64,000 nt of DNA from Octopus sinensis (Eukaryota), in the NCBI RefSeq assembly GCF_006345805.1, contig NC_042998.1, positions 62,682,001 through 62,746,000 of the forward strand, written 5' to 3'. Below, in pieces: positions 41,782 to 53,941 of this stretch. Within the stretch, counting starts at the first letter, position 1; every line of letters starts with the position of its first letter. Below the pieces are notes generated by a model. The model worked only from the letters and a program-made list of their open reading frames with translations, searched no databases and was not told the DNA's origin. The translations under genes and the position numbers were made by a program.

Positions 41782-42302
41782 GGGTGTGTGGGTGTGTATA
41801 CATACATATTCATGCGTAAATGGAAAAAATGTGGGAGTAAGATCAAACCAAAAAGCAATCAGGGTGTACGGGTAACTGAAGAGAGAAAATTAGAATGATA
41901 ATGAGTTAGTGTGATAACGGAACATATACGATCACACACCGTATACTCTGCTAATCTATTCATTCAGCAAATGGATCTCCGTTAGTTTCGACGATGAGTA
42001 TTTAATTATTCAATCGACTAAATTCGCTCATTATCGAATTCGAGCCTAAGTGAACGAGAATTCCACGGATACGTGTAGGAAGTAAGCCAGATACAGTATG
42101 AGGTGAGGTTGGTCGTCCAAACTAAAGAGGCAATCCATCTGACAGTTCTCCGGTCGTTCTCCTCAGCACAATTTTCAATACAAGACTTGGTTTCACATGT
42201 GGTTGAATAACACTTGCCACTCAACAGAATCGAACCTAGAACCTAGGGATTGCTAAGCGCAAGCTTCTTAAACATTTGACCATGTCTCCAGAATACATGC
42301 AC

Positions 42303-42344
<42 letters not shown>

Positions 42345-42497
42345 ACACAAACACTCACACACGCATACGAGTGAATGGACAAATGAAAGAAGGGGACTCA
42401 ACCAATTTATTGGGAGTTATATGTATGGATCAAAACAGTTTGAGCTATGATCTACACGTATGTATGTATGTATGTATGATGTATGTATGTATGTATG

Positions 42498-42529
<32 letters not shown>

Positions 42530-42530
42530 A

Positions 42531-43715
42531 TGTATGAACATACACATATAAATATACATAAAGAGTCCTATATGTACACGGACAGTCCTATCGACCTCCC
42601 CACACTGTGTTTAAAAACCTGATAGCTAACATTAGTAATAAGATATCTAATCTCTCTTGTTCTAAACGAATAATTTATAAGACAGACCCCTACTATAATA
42701 ATGCTCCAACCAACAACGGCTTCATAGATAAGATATATTACAACATTTTAGGCAAAAATAAGAATTATAAAACTAGACGTAGGAAATTGTTATGGTTCGT
42801 GTCCCTTCTTCCTAAATGTTAAAACTAACGTAGGAAAGAAATGTCTGTCTCTTTTAGATAAGCAGTTCCCTGTAAACCACACGTACAGGAAGATTTTAAC
42901 ACACACTCGATTAGAATATCATACCATACAGCTGCTTCCTCTACATGAAGAACATTATCACTCGTGGGCCCATTCCGAGTTATAAAGGTCAACATCCTGA
43001 GGCTTGCTCCCTTGACTAGGTGTATATAAAGCAGAAGTAATAACAATGCTTCAAGATAATCTAACTTCTGGCACATCAACAAAGTCCGCTAGTCACGTAT
43101 GGAGCTTGATAACCAACTTCATACAATCAAGTGGAGAATCGGAGACAAATCCATGCCATATGTTAATGAATCTTACAAATGCAACTTATGCGTCGCTGAA
43201 AGATCGCATATTCTTTTTAGGTCTAAGAATTCCACTGCACTACAATATTCCAGATCCGAAATTCACAGCAAATGCAAATATATAGACAAATTTATTTTGG
43301 CGAACTGGAAACACGACCCTATCCAGATTTAGCAGCTGTCTCGCATACTCTGGTACCGGCTCCATCGAATTATTGTGTAACAACTAGCTTAGTCATTGTT
43401 TTATGGTCAAAGGGAATATAAAATTAATTTTCTTTTTCCTTTTGACGTTTTTATTCACCCTTCCACTTTTTGCATCTACCTTCTCATTTTTTTGTCATAA
43501 TTTCTCTAGTAGCAGCAAACTGAATTGGCCCTGTATTCAGAAACAGAGGATTGCCTGAAACCAAAAGCTGTGTAATTAAAACCGGCCTAGAGCCACGCCT
43601 TCAAAGCAAGAAAATATTAGTAGCTCATATCTTTATACTGGGTATATTCAATGATATTTCTCCCTCACTGGATGGACTAGTTTTTTACTGATCTTGTCTT
43701 AACGGAACTGTTAAC

Positions 43716-43720
<5 letters not shown>
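42531..43720 (+). mobile_element. Penelope-like element 3' fragment (linker plus GIY-YIG C-terminus), copy 1
   Basis: RRKLLWF, NVKTNVGKKCLSLLDKQFP, and W.I.DKSMPY.....CNLC.AE..HI...SRSEI.SKC...KF across frameshifts. Confidence 0.75.
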
Positions 43721-43761
<41 letters not shown>

Positions 43762-43767
<6 letters not shown>

Positions 43768-44945
43768 AACATACACATATAAATATACATAAAGAGTCCT
43801 ATATGTACACGGACAGTCCTATCGACCTCCCCACACTGTGTTTAAAAACCTGATAGCTAACATTAGTAATAAGATATCTAATCTCTCTTGTTCTAAACGA
43901 ATAATTTATAAGACAGACCCCTACTATAATAATGCTCCAACCAACAATGGCTTCATAGATAAGATATATTACAACATTTTAGGCAAAAATAAGAATTATA
44001 AAACTAGACGTAGGAAATTGTTATGGTTCGTGTCCCTTCTTCCTAAATGTTAAAACTAACGTAGGAAAGAAATGTCTGTCTCTTTTAGATAAGCAGTTCC
44101 CTGTAAACCACACGTACAGGAAGATTTTAACACACACTCGATTAGAATATCATACCATACAGCTGCTTCCTCTACATGAAGAACATTATCACTCGTGGGC
44201 CCATTCCGAGTTATAAAGGTCAACATCCTGAGGCTTGCTCCCTTGACTAGGTGTATATAAAGCAGAAGTAATAACAATGCTTCAAGATAATCTAACTTCT
44301 GGCACATCAACAAAGTCCGCTAGTCACGTATGGAGCTTGATAACCAACTTCATACAATCAAGTGGAGAATCGGAGACAAATCCATGCCATATGTTAATGA
44401 ATCTTACAAATGCAACTTATGCGTCGCTGAAAGATCGCATATTCTTTTTAGGTCTAAGAATTCCACTGCACTACAATATTCCAGATCCGAAATTCACAGC
44501 AAATGCAAATATATAGACAAATTATTTTGGCGAACTGGAAACACGACCCTATCCAGATTTAGCAGCTGTCTCGCATACTCTGGTACCGGCTCCATCGAAT
44601 TATTGTGTAACAACTAGCTTAGTCATTGTTTTATGGTCAAAGGGAATATAAAATTAATTTTCTTTTTCCTTTTGACGTTTTTATTCACCCTTCCACTTTT
44701 TGCATCTACCTTCTCATTTTTTTGTCATAATTTCTCTAGTAGCAGCAAACTGAATTGGCCCTGTATTCAGAAACAGAGGATTGCCTGAAACCAAAAGCTG
44801 TGTAATTAAAACCGGCCTAGAGCCACGCCTTCAAAGCAAGAAAATATTAGTAGCTCATATCTTTATACTGGGTATATTCAATGATATTTCTCCCTCACTG
44901 GATGGACTAGTTTTTTACTGATCTTGTCTTAACGGAACTGTTAAC

Positions 44946-44950
<5 letters not shown>
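43762..44950 (+). mobile_element. Penelope-like element 3' fragment, copy 2 (tandem duplicate, period 1231 bp)
   Basis: I see only one substitution and one 1-bp indel relative to copy 1. Confidence 0.75.
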
Positions 44951-44994
<44 letters not shown>

Positions 44995-45001
44995 ATATAT
45001 A

Positions 45002-46320
45002 TACTACCAGAGATACCCGGCGTTGCTCGGTTACATTCAATTGAAGAATTAAACTTTTCTGTTATATTTTCTGTAAGGAACTGGAATATTTATGTTTCGA
45101 ATTTCATCAAAATTGCAGATAAGTGTTATTTCCCTTTTTACACACACTAAAAAATTGCAATCGTGCCACATGTATCCCATACTACTGATTTTTATGCGCA
45201 TATTCCAAAATTCCAGTCTTATTGAGCCTGTTAAAAAAAATTTGCTCCTGAAAAATGGAGGTCATGGAGTTCTAAAATGTGAGAGTGAAGTCCCCTGTTT
45301 GGGGTGGGCATCTTAATGTCAACCAGAGAAGTTGAATTGTTGAAAATCTTTTCAACTTGGGTCTTATATCTATTGCTTGAATTTCTTTGAAATAAGAAAT
45401 ATATATATTCACTGGGTTTGTAAAAGAGAGCAAAGCTACAGGAAACCAAAAGACGAATGATCACAATAAGGAGTCAGTTTCCCTACCCTAGTCGTTACCA
45501 CTCCTAATGTAGGATTCCTCACCATCCAGATGACAGACATAGCCGTAAGATGCATTACGAATCTATAGCAATTGGAAGGGTGTGACCCAACTGAAATCAA
45601 CATTAACAACTGTGTGACGTGAGGGCTAAGGAGAAATTAAAGTGTCACCTCTGGAATTTGCAAATGACCACTATACTGATACGTAACTGGACAGAATAAA
45701 TTTAAAATCTATAAATGTCTTTGAATAACCAGTCACTCATCTGGGAAGGCCTTGACATGAATGTTACCATCTGGGGACTATGAGTGACCGAGTGATAATA
45801 AAAAGACTGAAAGGAGGTCTGCAATCAAATAACTTTACTCAACACTTTGCAACTGAATCAGTGGAGGCAAAGATGCCTCTCATTTACTTGACAATTTATG
45901 CACCACATTGCAGAAATCAAAATGTAAGTGTATGCCAAAGCAAACTGTTACACTGTTGTACCATTGAATTAGAAATAATTTCCAACTTTTATGCTCAGGT
46001 AACCCTACAGCTTCCAAGTTCACAACTGCATTCGTTTTTGCTTAGATAAAATGACAAAATTGTGGGTGTTAAGTCCCCATGGAGGAGTCTTTCTAACTTT
46101 GTAAGAAGATGAAATTTTATAAATATTACTTCATTTGTGTCTAATATCTATGGTTAAAATTTCATCAACAGCAAGAATATATGAATTATCATGGGGGTTA
46201 TGGCCCTTATGCATAGAATATAATTTCCAAATTTCATAAAGATCCATTCAGTACTTTTGATCTAGTTTTGGATCATAAAAGAAATGACTAAAATTTGGGA
46301 GTTAAAGCTCCCATTAGGGT
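45002..46320 (+). mobile_element. Possible non-autonomous Helitron/Helentron-like element
   Basis: 5' end tacta.cagagatacccggcgttgctcgg resembles invertebrate non-autonomous Helitron-type starts; inserted in a TA tract; 3' boundary uncertain. Confidence 0.4.
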
Positions 46321-46326
46321 GTTATA

Positions 46327-46373
<47 letters not shown>

Positions 46374-46419
46374 TATATAAACACACACACATACAAACAT
46401 AAATTGATAGATACAACTG

Positions 46420-46653
46420 AGTGGGCAAACAAAAATATGAAACACAGCCTAGTGCGTTTTTATGTTGATAAGCTTAGTACTTATTCTATTAGTTTGTTCT
46501 TGTGAAACCAGTAAGTTATGTGGATCTAAATAAATGAACAGCAGTTGTGAAGCAGTGATAATGGCGAAACATAGATACAAAGACCACACATACACTTACA
46601 TATATACATACATATATATACGATTGATTTGTTTCAGTTCCTGTCTACGAAAT

Positions 46654-46700
<47 letters not shown>

Positions 46701-47095
46701 CACACACAAAGATAAATTGATAGATACAACTGAATGGACAATCAAAAAATATGAGATACTGCGTAGTGTTTTTTTATATTTTGATAAGCCTGGTACTTAT
46801 TCTATCAGTTTCTTCTTGTGAAACCAGTAAGTTATGGGGATGTAAATAAACGAACACCAGTTGTGAAGCGGTGATGATGGAGAAACACAGACACACATAT
46901 AGACTTACATATATTCATACATATACATACAATTGATTTCTTTCAGTTTCTGTCTACAAAATCCACTGACACGGATTGGTTAGTCTCAGGTTATAGCAGA
47001 AGACACATGCCAAGTTACCACATAGTGGGACTGAACTGAGGACCATGTGTTTTGGAACCAAGTTTGTTACCACACAGCCACACCTGCACCTATGT
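46420..47095 (-). mobile_element. SINE family A, old copy with duplicated tail segment
   Basis: Tail block repeated at about 46380-46670 and 46700-46990. Confidence 0.65.
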
Positions 47096-47303
47096 ATGTA
47101 TGTGTGGGGGTGGGTGTATCGGTGTGTTTGTATGTATGTATGGGTGTATATATGTATGAATTTATATATGTGTATATATATGTGTACATATTACATGTAC
47201 ATCTATATATACATATAGACACACATGTTTACATATACATGTATACATATACAGCTATTCATATACATGTATACATATACAGGTATATATATACATGTAT
47301 ATA

Positions 47304-47771
47304 TATATTTAATGTAGGATAGAATTTTTTTGAAAAAAATTTTATCAATGGCCAGCATATTAAAAAATGCCTGGAGGATTTATATTTTGGATGTATTTGG
47401 GGTACTTAATTGTGCTCATGACTTAGTGTTTGCTTCTTCCATGGGTATGAGTAAGTATCTCTTTTATTTCTTTGCCAAATTTATCATTGACGAAGGGAGG
47501 GTTCTTATGAACAAACCCTGAAATCGGTCCGATATGGTAATAATGGAATTTTTTAAAAATTTCTGTCGACCTTTTTTCGAGTAGCGTGCGTATTGTGAAA
47601 AATATATGATTATGGACAATGTGTCTAATTTCGGCATATTTGGCATTAGAATTTTTTTCGTTTGCCCTTATTTATAAGTTGTTTATAGATTTAACCTTTA
47701 AAGTTATTTTTTAATATGCTGGCCATTGATAAAAATTTTCTTCGAAAAGATTCTATCCTACATTAAATATA
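47304..47771. mobile_element. Foldback element, about 65-bp inverted arms with internal hammerhead-like motif; partial second copy at 47868-48185
   Basis: tatatttaatgtaggatagaat... / ...attctatcctacattaaatata. Confidence 0.75.
47482..47534 (+). ncRNA. Hammerhead-like motif (U3 variant) in the loop of a foldback element
   Basis: tatc(a)-TTGACGA-agg g-agggtt...aaccct-GAAA-tcgg-TC-(c)gata. Confidence 0.5.
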
Positions 47772-47792
47772 AATTTAATAGTGTTCACTTCC

Positions 47793-47838
<46 letters not shown>

Positions 47839-47985
47839 AGAGCTTCAGTTCAAATCACACGTGTCTTGAATGGGCTGGAGAATTTGTATTTTGGATGTTT
47901 TTGGGGTACTTAATTGTGCTCATGACTTAATGTTTGCTTCTTCCATGGGTATGAGTAAGTATCTCTTTTATTTCTTTGCCACATT

Positions 47986-48038
47986 TATCATTGACAAAGG
48001 GAGGGTTCTTATGAACTAATCCTGAAATCGGTCCGATA
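47986..48038 (+). ncRNA. Hammerhead-like motif (U3:A8 variant), second copy
   Basis: tatc(a)-TTGACAA-...agggtt...aatcct-GAAA-tcgg-TC-(c)gata. Confidence 0.4.
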
Positions 48039-48611
48039 TGGTAATAATGAAATTTTTTAGAGATTTCTGTCGACCTTTTTTCGAGTAGCGTGCGTATTGT
48101 GAAAAATATATGGTTATGGACAATGTGTCTAATTTCGGCATATTTAGCATTAGATTTTTTTTCGTTTGCCCTTGTTTATAAGTTATATATATATGGAGGC
48201 TGCGCCCTCGTTATCGAGTATGGCCATTGCACGAGGCTTAATCAATGTTGTTATCGTGCAATGGCTGTGCAAGAAGATTTTTTTAAAGTGGGGAAAGGCT
48301 GTGCACTGAGTCAATCCCACTCACTAAGCAACAGCAGTCATAATCCGAAAAGAAGAACAAGTCAACATCATCGGTAACCACTGAGCCGCAGGTTTTATGT
48401 CGGAGTTATCCCAGTTACCTGAGTTACCTTCTCCTAGAAGGATGCTCTAACAAAGTCCTTCACTCCCAATGGTTTAACCGCGCGATCGGGTATTCAGTTC
48501 GATTATTTCTATGTCCCCGCGCATGATACAGCCTTACGACATTTATTGGATGGCCGTTGACTCTCAAGAGTTCCTCCACCCTTTGATGCATATATATACA
48601 TCCATATATAT

Positions 48612-48678
<67 letters not shown>

Positions 48679-48690
48679 ATATATATATAT

Positions 48691-48744
48691 GATTTTGATT
48701 TTGATTTTTCCAGCTAATGAGCTGTGGCCATGCTGGGGCAACCG
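48691..48744 (-). mobile_element. Extremely 5'-truncated copy of the same LINE tail
   Basis: Reverse complement is ttgccccagcatggccacagctcattagctggaaaaatcaaaatcaaaatc, matching 3406-3463. Confidence 0.75.
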
Positions 48745-48801
48745 ATATATATATATATAAATATATCTATAAAATAATATGTTACTTTTACTCAATAGTC
48801 A

Positions 48802-48864
48802 AGATAAAACTCTGAGTTTCAGATGCCGAAGTGGAAATCCACAACACCATCTCTTCGGTTATCT
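48802..48864 (-). ncRNA. Decayed hammerhead (U4C) 3' of the minus-strand PLE ORF
   Basis: agataa-CCGAAGA-gatg...catc-t-GAAA-ctc a gag-TT-ttatct; about 680 bp downstream of the GIY-YIG remnant. Confidence 0.45.
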
Positions 48865-49529
48865 GGCCACCTGAAAAACGCTATGAATAAATACCGTTAT
48901 ATAAAGGGAAATTACTATGTTATAATTCTGCTCGCGAACCCACGTGCGTACATATACGTCACTATGAAAACGTACACATCTTCTCTCGCATTTTTCGCCA
49001 AATATATACGCATAAATATACAAACTCATACACACACACATGCGTACCGTAAAAATTCATACATACATCTATATACGCACAAGCGCAAGAAAAACCATGG
49101 TTAAAGGTAACAGAAAAAAACATAAGGAAGTATACAAAGCATAAAAACCACGTTCATATACGGACATGTCCCTATGCACTCATACACACACACGCCCATA
49201 TATGTACATACCCGCACATAACTATATACGCATACATACACACGCATATACAAAAAATGAATATACATATGCCCCCCCCCCCCAATGGAAAATACTAGGT
49301 AAAAACGTCTATATATATATATGTGCATTTTTATGCCCGCACACACGCACACATCTAAATCTGCCCACTCATACATATTCACACACGTGTACAAATGAAT
49401 CTATATACACATCTATATAGGCACAGGAAAAAATGCAGGATAGAAAAGTACGGAAAAAATTAATATGTGTGAAAATATAAAAACATATATGAAATAATAA
49501 AAGGTATAATGAGATAAAACACTTTTTGG

Positions 49530-50760
49530 GACGTAATATAGAAAGCAAGTTCTATCTGTTTTCTTTAGGGGACCAAAAACGTAACAAAAATTTAGTCACA
49601 TATGGGCATGATCCGAAAAGTTCTGTCCTTGAGTTTAGACATGTAGTAGAGTCTAAGCTGCTTTTCCAGATAAGCCATCTCTCCATGTCGCATAGACCGC
49701 ACCTTCCGCTGCCATTGGTGTAGGGCTTACATTTGGCCAAAATCTTCCAATGGATGTTATTATCGACACCTTTATCTTTTAAAGACCAAATATGATTAGA
49801 TAATTTTGTCGCTTTTCTTTTGTTCCAAGGTGTGGTTATTGAACCTGGCCTTAAAATTACCCTCTGTAAGGCCCACGTATTTCTTCGTCGAAACGGTGTC
49901 TTTAGTGGTTATAGAGTCCACGGTACCTTCATAGATGATGGTCTCGGACATGCAAGCTCCATTTAGTGGGCACAATTTTTTATTCTTGCATGAAGAGCTG
50001 TTTTCTTGTTGTGGTTTTTGTGTGTTATGTGTGATTATATTTTTAAAATTGGTAGTAGAACTAAAACTAATTTTTAAATTGTGTTTATTGAAAATGCGAG
50101 TGAAGATGTGTACGTTTCCGAAACCTTTAATTATTAAAAGGATAATTTAGACAATTAAAATAATTGCAGAAATGGAAATAATTGTATGCAGAGAGTTGTT
50201 TAAAACTTCTACTCTTAATATTTTCTATTCCTGTAGCAAGATGATGTATATAACTTATACCTTATATAACATCTTTTCTTATAAAATATCTTGTGATATC
50301 TGTTTTGGTAGATACCTTAAACAAATTGTTAGCAATACCTCAACTCACATTAAGGATACAAAGAACATTAAATCATATAAAAGCTGGTCGACAAGTAGTA
50401 TTTTTCGAAGATAGTCTTTAATGTGTTCAAAGTGTTTTTACACTAATATTGAAGTTGTTTCTGCATTTGTCCTTAGCGCGTATATTTTTTGAGATATGAC
50501 CATTCAAATTTTGGTTCATTGCCTAACTTATAAGATTCAGCATAAGTGTTTTATATATTTATCTTTAAATTTACCCATAAATGCACAAATGTGATAATTG
50601 GTCTTATATATTGATTTTACAAACACATTATCTTTTATTTCATGATTATAATATTTTCTAACCAAACTATCAACATATTTAGAAAATATAAAATTCACCC
50701 AGATATTCTTTGCTTCACAAATATATCACATCGCATAATATCTTAAAAAGGTATAACACT
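49530..50760 (-). pseudogene. Penelope-like RT C-terminus plus GIY-YIG endonuclease, decayed
   Basis: KKYVGLTEGNFKARFNNH...WKILAKCKPYTNGSGRCGLCDMER....LNSRTELFGSC.Y.TKFLL; upstream part has many stops. Confidence 0.8.
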
Positions 50761-50800
50761 ATATTCTGACAGTTTACGGCGTAGCCAAGTGAAACCAATT

Positions 50801-51125
50801 GTAACGTACTGAATTTGTCCAACGTGTGTCTATCAACTGTGTGATCAAATGACGTCAGGGGTCAATATATTAAATTTGTACAGTAAATGAGTGTCAAGGC
50901 GGCTGAGAGAAGCCAGGGTCAACACATTAAATATGTCCAGTGAGTGTCTCTTAACTACATGGTCGATCAAAATCAGAGCAACGCTTTAAATCTGTACAGA
51001 AAGTGGCTGTCAATTAGATGACAGAATTTGATGACAGAACGCAGGGGTAATAAATTCAGTTTGTACAATAAATGGCCGCCAAATAGCTTGTAAGAGAAGC
51101 AAAGCTAACGTATTAAATTTATATA
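50801..51125. repeat. Degenerate minisatellite, 6 units of about 57-69 bp
   Basis: Motif aa..(a)ttaaa-t[tac]tgt[ac]ca recurs near 50814, 50875, 50932, 50991, 51060 and 51118. Confidence 0.6.
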
Positions 51126-51965
51126 AGTTTCGAAGTTATTAATTCTGAAAAAGAAAATTCAAGTGGGAGCCATTACATGATCTTAAGCCAGAGAGGTATC
51201 AAAAAATAAAACATTTCAGGAAACACTTGCAGTACTTGGGCTAAAAGTTTGGCATGCCTTCAAATGGGTTTGTGATAACTTCTTAAGAAATTACCGGCCT
51301 CTGGTGTCGATGTAATCGATTAAAATTCTTTCAGATGCTGCCCTAGCATGGCCGCAGTTCAGTTACTGAAACTTAGTAAAAGAACAAAATGTGTTTATCT
51401 GTCTCTGTGTCTATATGTATGTCTATATTAAAGTATTCATTAATAGTTACTATAAACACAGCCACGACGCAATAATGACAGTAAGTCTAATACAATAGAG
51501 TACGTCATGTCTAGCAGAAATGTCAGCGAACATTAAAGCTATTTGTGTTAGTCGTGATCAAAGGAAAGCAGTGTTGCTGGAAATGTCTTCCGAACGGCCA
51601 TTATAATGATGACCGGATTGAAAGCGAGTGAAACACAACGGAATTTTGTCCATGTGAATCTAATTTGTCAGCAAACTTAATGAACAGATGAATATCTTTT
51701 CTAATGGACATTACACTTCATACGTTTAATGTGTTTTCATTTTCATTTCCGTCTCAAAACTTAACTAATTAACTGATATAGAGTAATGAGAGATTTCGTC
51801 ACAGTAATGAAGCGTCCACCCCACCCTCTCTCTCTTTCTGACTGATTGTTTATTTCGCTGTCAGTATGTCTGTCCGCCTGTATGTGTCTCAATCTTAAAG
51901 ACGCTTTCTTTCTCTCTCTCTCTCTTTCCCCCTCTCTCTCTCCGCCTGCTTGATTGCATATCTAG

Positions 51966-52063
<98 letters not shown>
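51966..52063. repeat. (TATC)n microsatellite
   Basis: Direct inspection. Confidence 0.95.
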
Positions 52064-52084
52064 GTTTATCTGTGTATCTATCTC

Positions 52085-52470
52085 TTTCATCTTTTACTTG
52101 TTCCAGTAATTAGGCTGTGGGTAAGCTGGGTCACAGCCTTGAAAAATACTTAGTCGAAGGAATCGACTCCAGTGCTTATTTTTCAAAGCCTGATATTTAT
52201 TCTATCAGACACTTTTACCGAACCGCAAAGTTACGGGAACGTAAACATACAAACAGCGGTTGACAAAACGTGGTGGGGTACAAACAAATACGAAAAAGCG
52301 CTCGCGCGCGCACACTCGTTCGTGCTCATTCACACACACATATACGACGTGCTTCTGTCCGTTTCCATGTACCAAATCCACTTCCAAGGCTTTTGTCGGC
52401 TCGGGCCCAGAGTTGAAGACACTATAAAATATGTGGTTCCCAACCTACTCACAGTGGTTCCCAGCACTTT
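52085..52470 (-). mobile_element. SINE family A
   Basis: Head and tail blocks on the minus strand. Confidence 0.75.
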
Positions 52471-52512
52471 TATCTAAATGAGTTTTCTCACGGACACTTT
52501 TAATATGTTTAT

Positions 52513-52565
<53 letters not shown>

Positions 52566-52583
52566 TGTATTAGCCGGTGTTTT

Positions 52584-52624
52584 CAAAGCGATGAATAGTT
52601 TTGCGGAAACCATGGTTCGCTTTG
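52584..52624 (+). ncRNA. Hammerhead-like motif (A3:U8 variant)
   Basis: caaagcg-ATGAATA-gttttgcg-GAAA-ccatgg-TT-cgctttg. Stem I 7 bp and palindromic stem III, but helix II is poor. Confidence 0.4.
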
Positions 52625-52836
52625 TTTTCTTACTTTATTATCATCTTATAATCATCTCACAATAATGACTTTTATGACTTTTATTACTACCTCAGTCAAT
52701 CTAAATGTATATATTTGTCGTTACCTGTCATAAAAAGCCTTTTTTTTATTTGCAATGTGCATTTTCGTTGATTTTTCATATTTTACCCTTACATTTCCAC
52801 GTCTATTTTATATTTTCTTTTTGTAACATATTTCTA

Positions 52837-52885
<49 letters not shown>

Positions 52886-52916
52886 ATATATATTCATGAC
52901 TGTCGCCATAACTGCA

Positions 52917-52961
52917 TGAACCTGACGATTGCATAGTTTAATGCATGAAAGTACTAGTTCA
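52917..52961 (+). ncRNA. Minimal type I hammerhead ribozyme
   Basis: tgaac-CTGACGA-t tgcat agttta atgca t-GAAA-gtac-TA-gttca. Palindromic AGTACT stem III. Confidence 0.8.
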
Positions 52962-53130
52962 ATTAGAGTGGAGATTTAATATTGTATCATTTCGTTATAT
53001 TATATTATAGTATATTATTATAAGATTTTAAAGAAAGCGTGAAAATCGAAGTTGGAATTTCATTGAGTAATATATATATACATATATAACAGAAATATAT
53101 TACAAACAGAAAATAAAAACTATACGTAGA

Positions 53131-53850
53131 AATTGCCTTACCACATACCGAATTTAGAAATAGCAGTCAAAGAGTTATAGCTATTTCTTCTACTAAAAAG
53201 GGAGATCTCAGTAAAAACAGCAATTGGAAGGCAGACACAAACAGGTAAGAGAGAATGAATTGACGGCAATCTATCATACAATTTTAAGTTATCTACGGAC
53301 GTACGTTTCGAAATCAAGTTTTTAGGAAAGGATAAGAATTAAATATTAAATAATTCTATCTTACCAAAACTTCTTTTCTCTTCAGCGTAGAATACTATAA
53401 TCATAAATGATTATATATTGAATTTTGAGATACTAGAAGGCACCAACTCAACTCAGTATCAGAGCGAGCTAGAATCCGCAACTAGTATCACCAAATCCAA
53501 TGTGTGAATGAAAAGATTGTGTCACCAGCCCCTTCCCACCCGCGTGTAGCCAAAACAAGATGCTGTGGTCATCTACTGAGATAAAATATGGTTATCCGTA
53601 ATAATGAAGGGTGAAATTAATTAATTTGGAATAATTATCAATTACACCAAGTAGTCTTCGGCATGTAAAAGCCTCATTCGAGGAGAATTTAAGTAATACT
53701 AAGCAATAAAGGGTTTAGCAACGAATTGCCTTACCACATACCGAATTTAGAAATAGCAGTCAAAGAGTTATAGCTATTTCTTCTACTAAATGGGAGATCT
53801 CAGTAAAAACAGCAATTGGAAGGCAGACACAAACAGGTAAGAGAGAATAA
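53131..53850 (-). mobile_element. Hammerhead-bearing non-coding element with about 120-bp direct terminal repeat (period about 593 bp)
   Basis: aattgccttaccacatacc...ggtaagagagaat repeated at 53131 and 53724 around the HHR at 53292-53391. Confidence 0.7.
53292..53391 (-). ncRNA. Type I hammerhead ribozyme with long helix II
   Basis: tctacg-CTGAAGA-gaaa...(about 60 nt, self-complementary)...tttc-GAAA-cgtacg-TC-cgtaga. Canonical G10.1-C11.1 pair, palindromic ACGTACGT stem III, GUC cleavage triplet. Confidence 0.85.
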
Positions 53851-53885
53851 GTATACATATATATGGATGTATATAATGCATTACG

Positions 53886-53941
53886 TATGTATGTATGTAT
53901 GTATGTATGTATGTATGTATGTATGTATGTATGTATGTATG
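53886..53941. repeat. (TATG)n microsatellite
   Basis: Direct inspection. Confidence 0.95.

Noticed and set aside
43510-43572. Possible hammerhead in the 3' part of the duplicated PLE
   Set aside because: The core reads CTGAATT and there is no UH triplet or stem III.
45430-46060. Helitron helicase coding remnant
   Set aside because: No convincing PIF1 or Rep motifs in any frame.
50801-51125. CRISPR-like repeat-spacer appearance
   Set aside because: The repeats are degenerate, the spacers resemble each other, there are no cas genes, and the context is eukaryotic.
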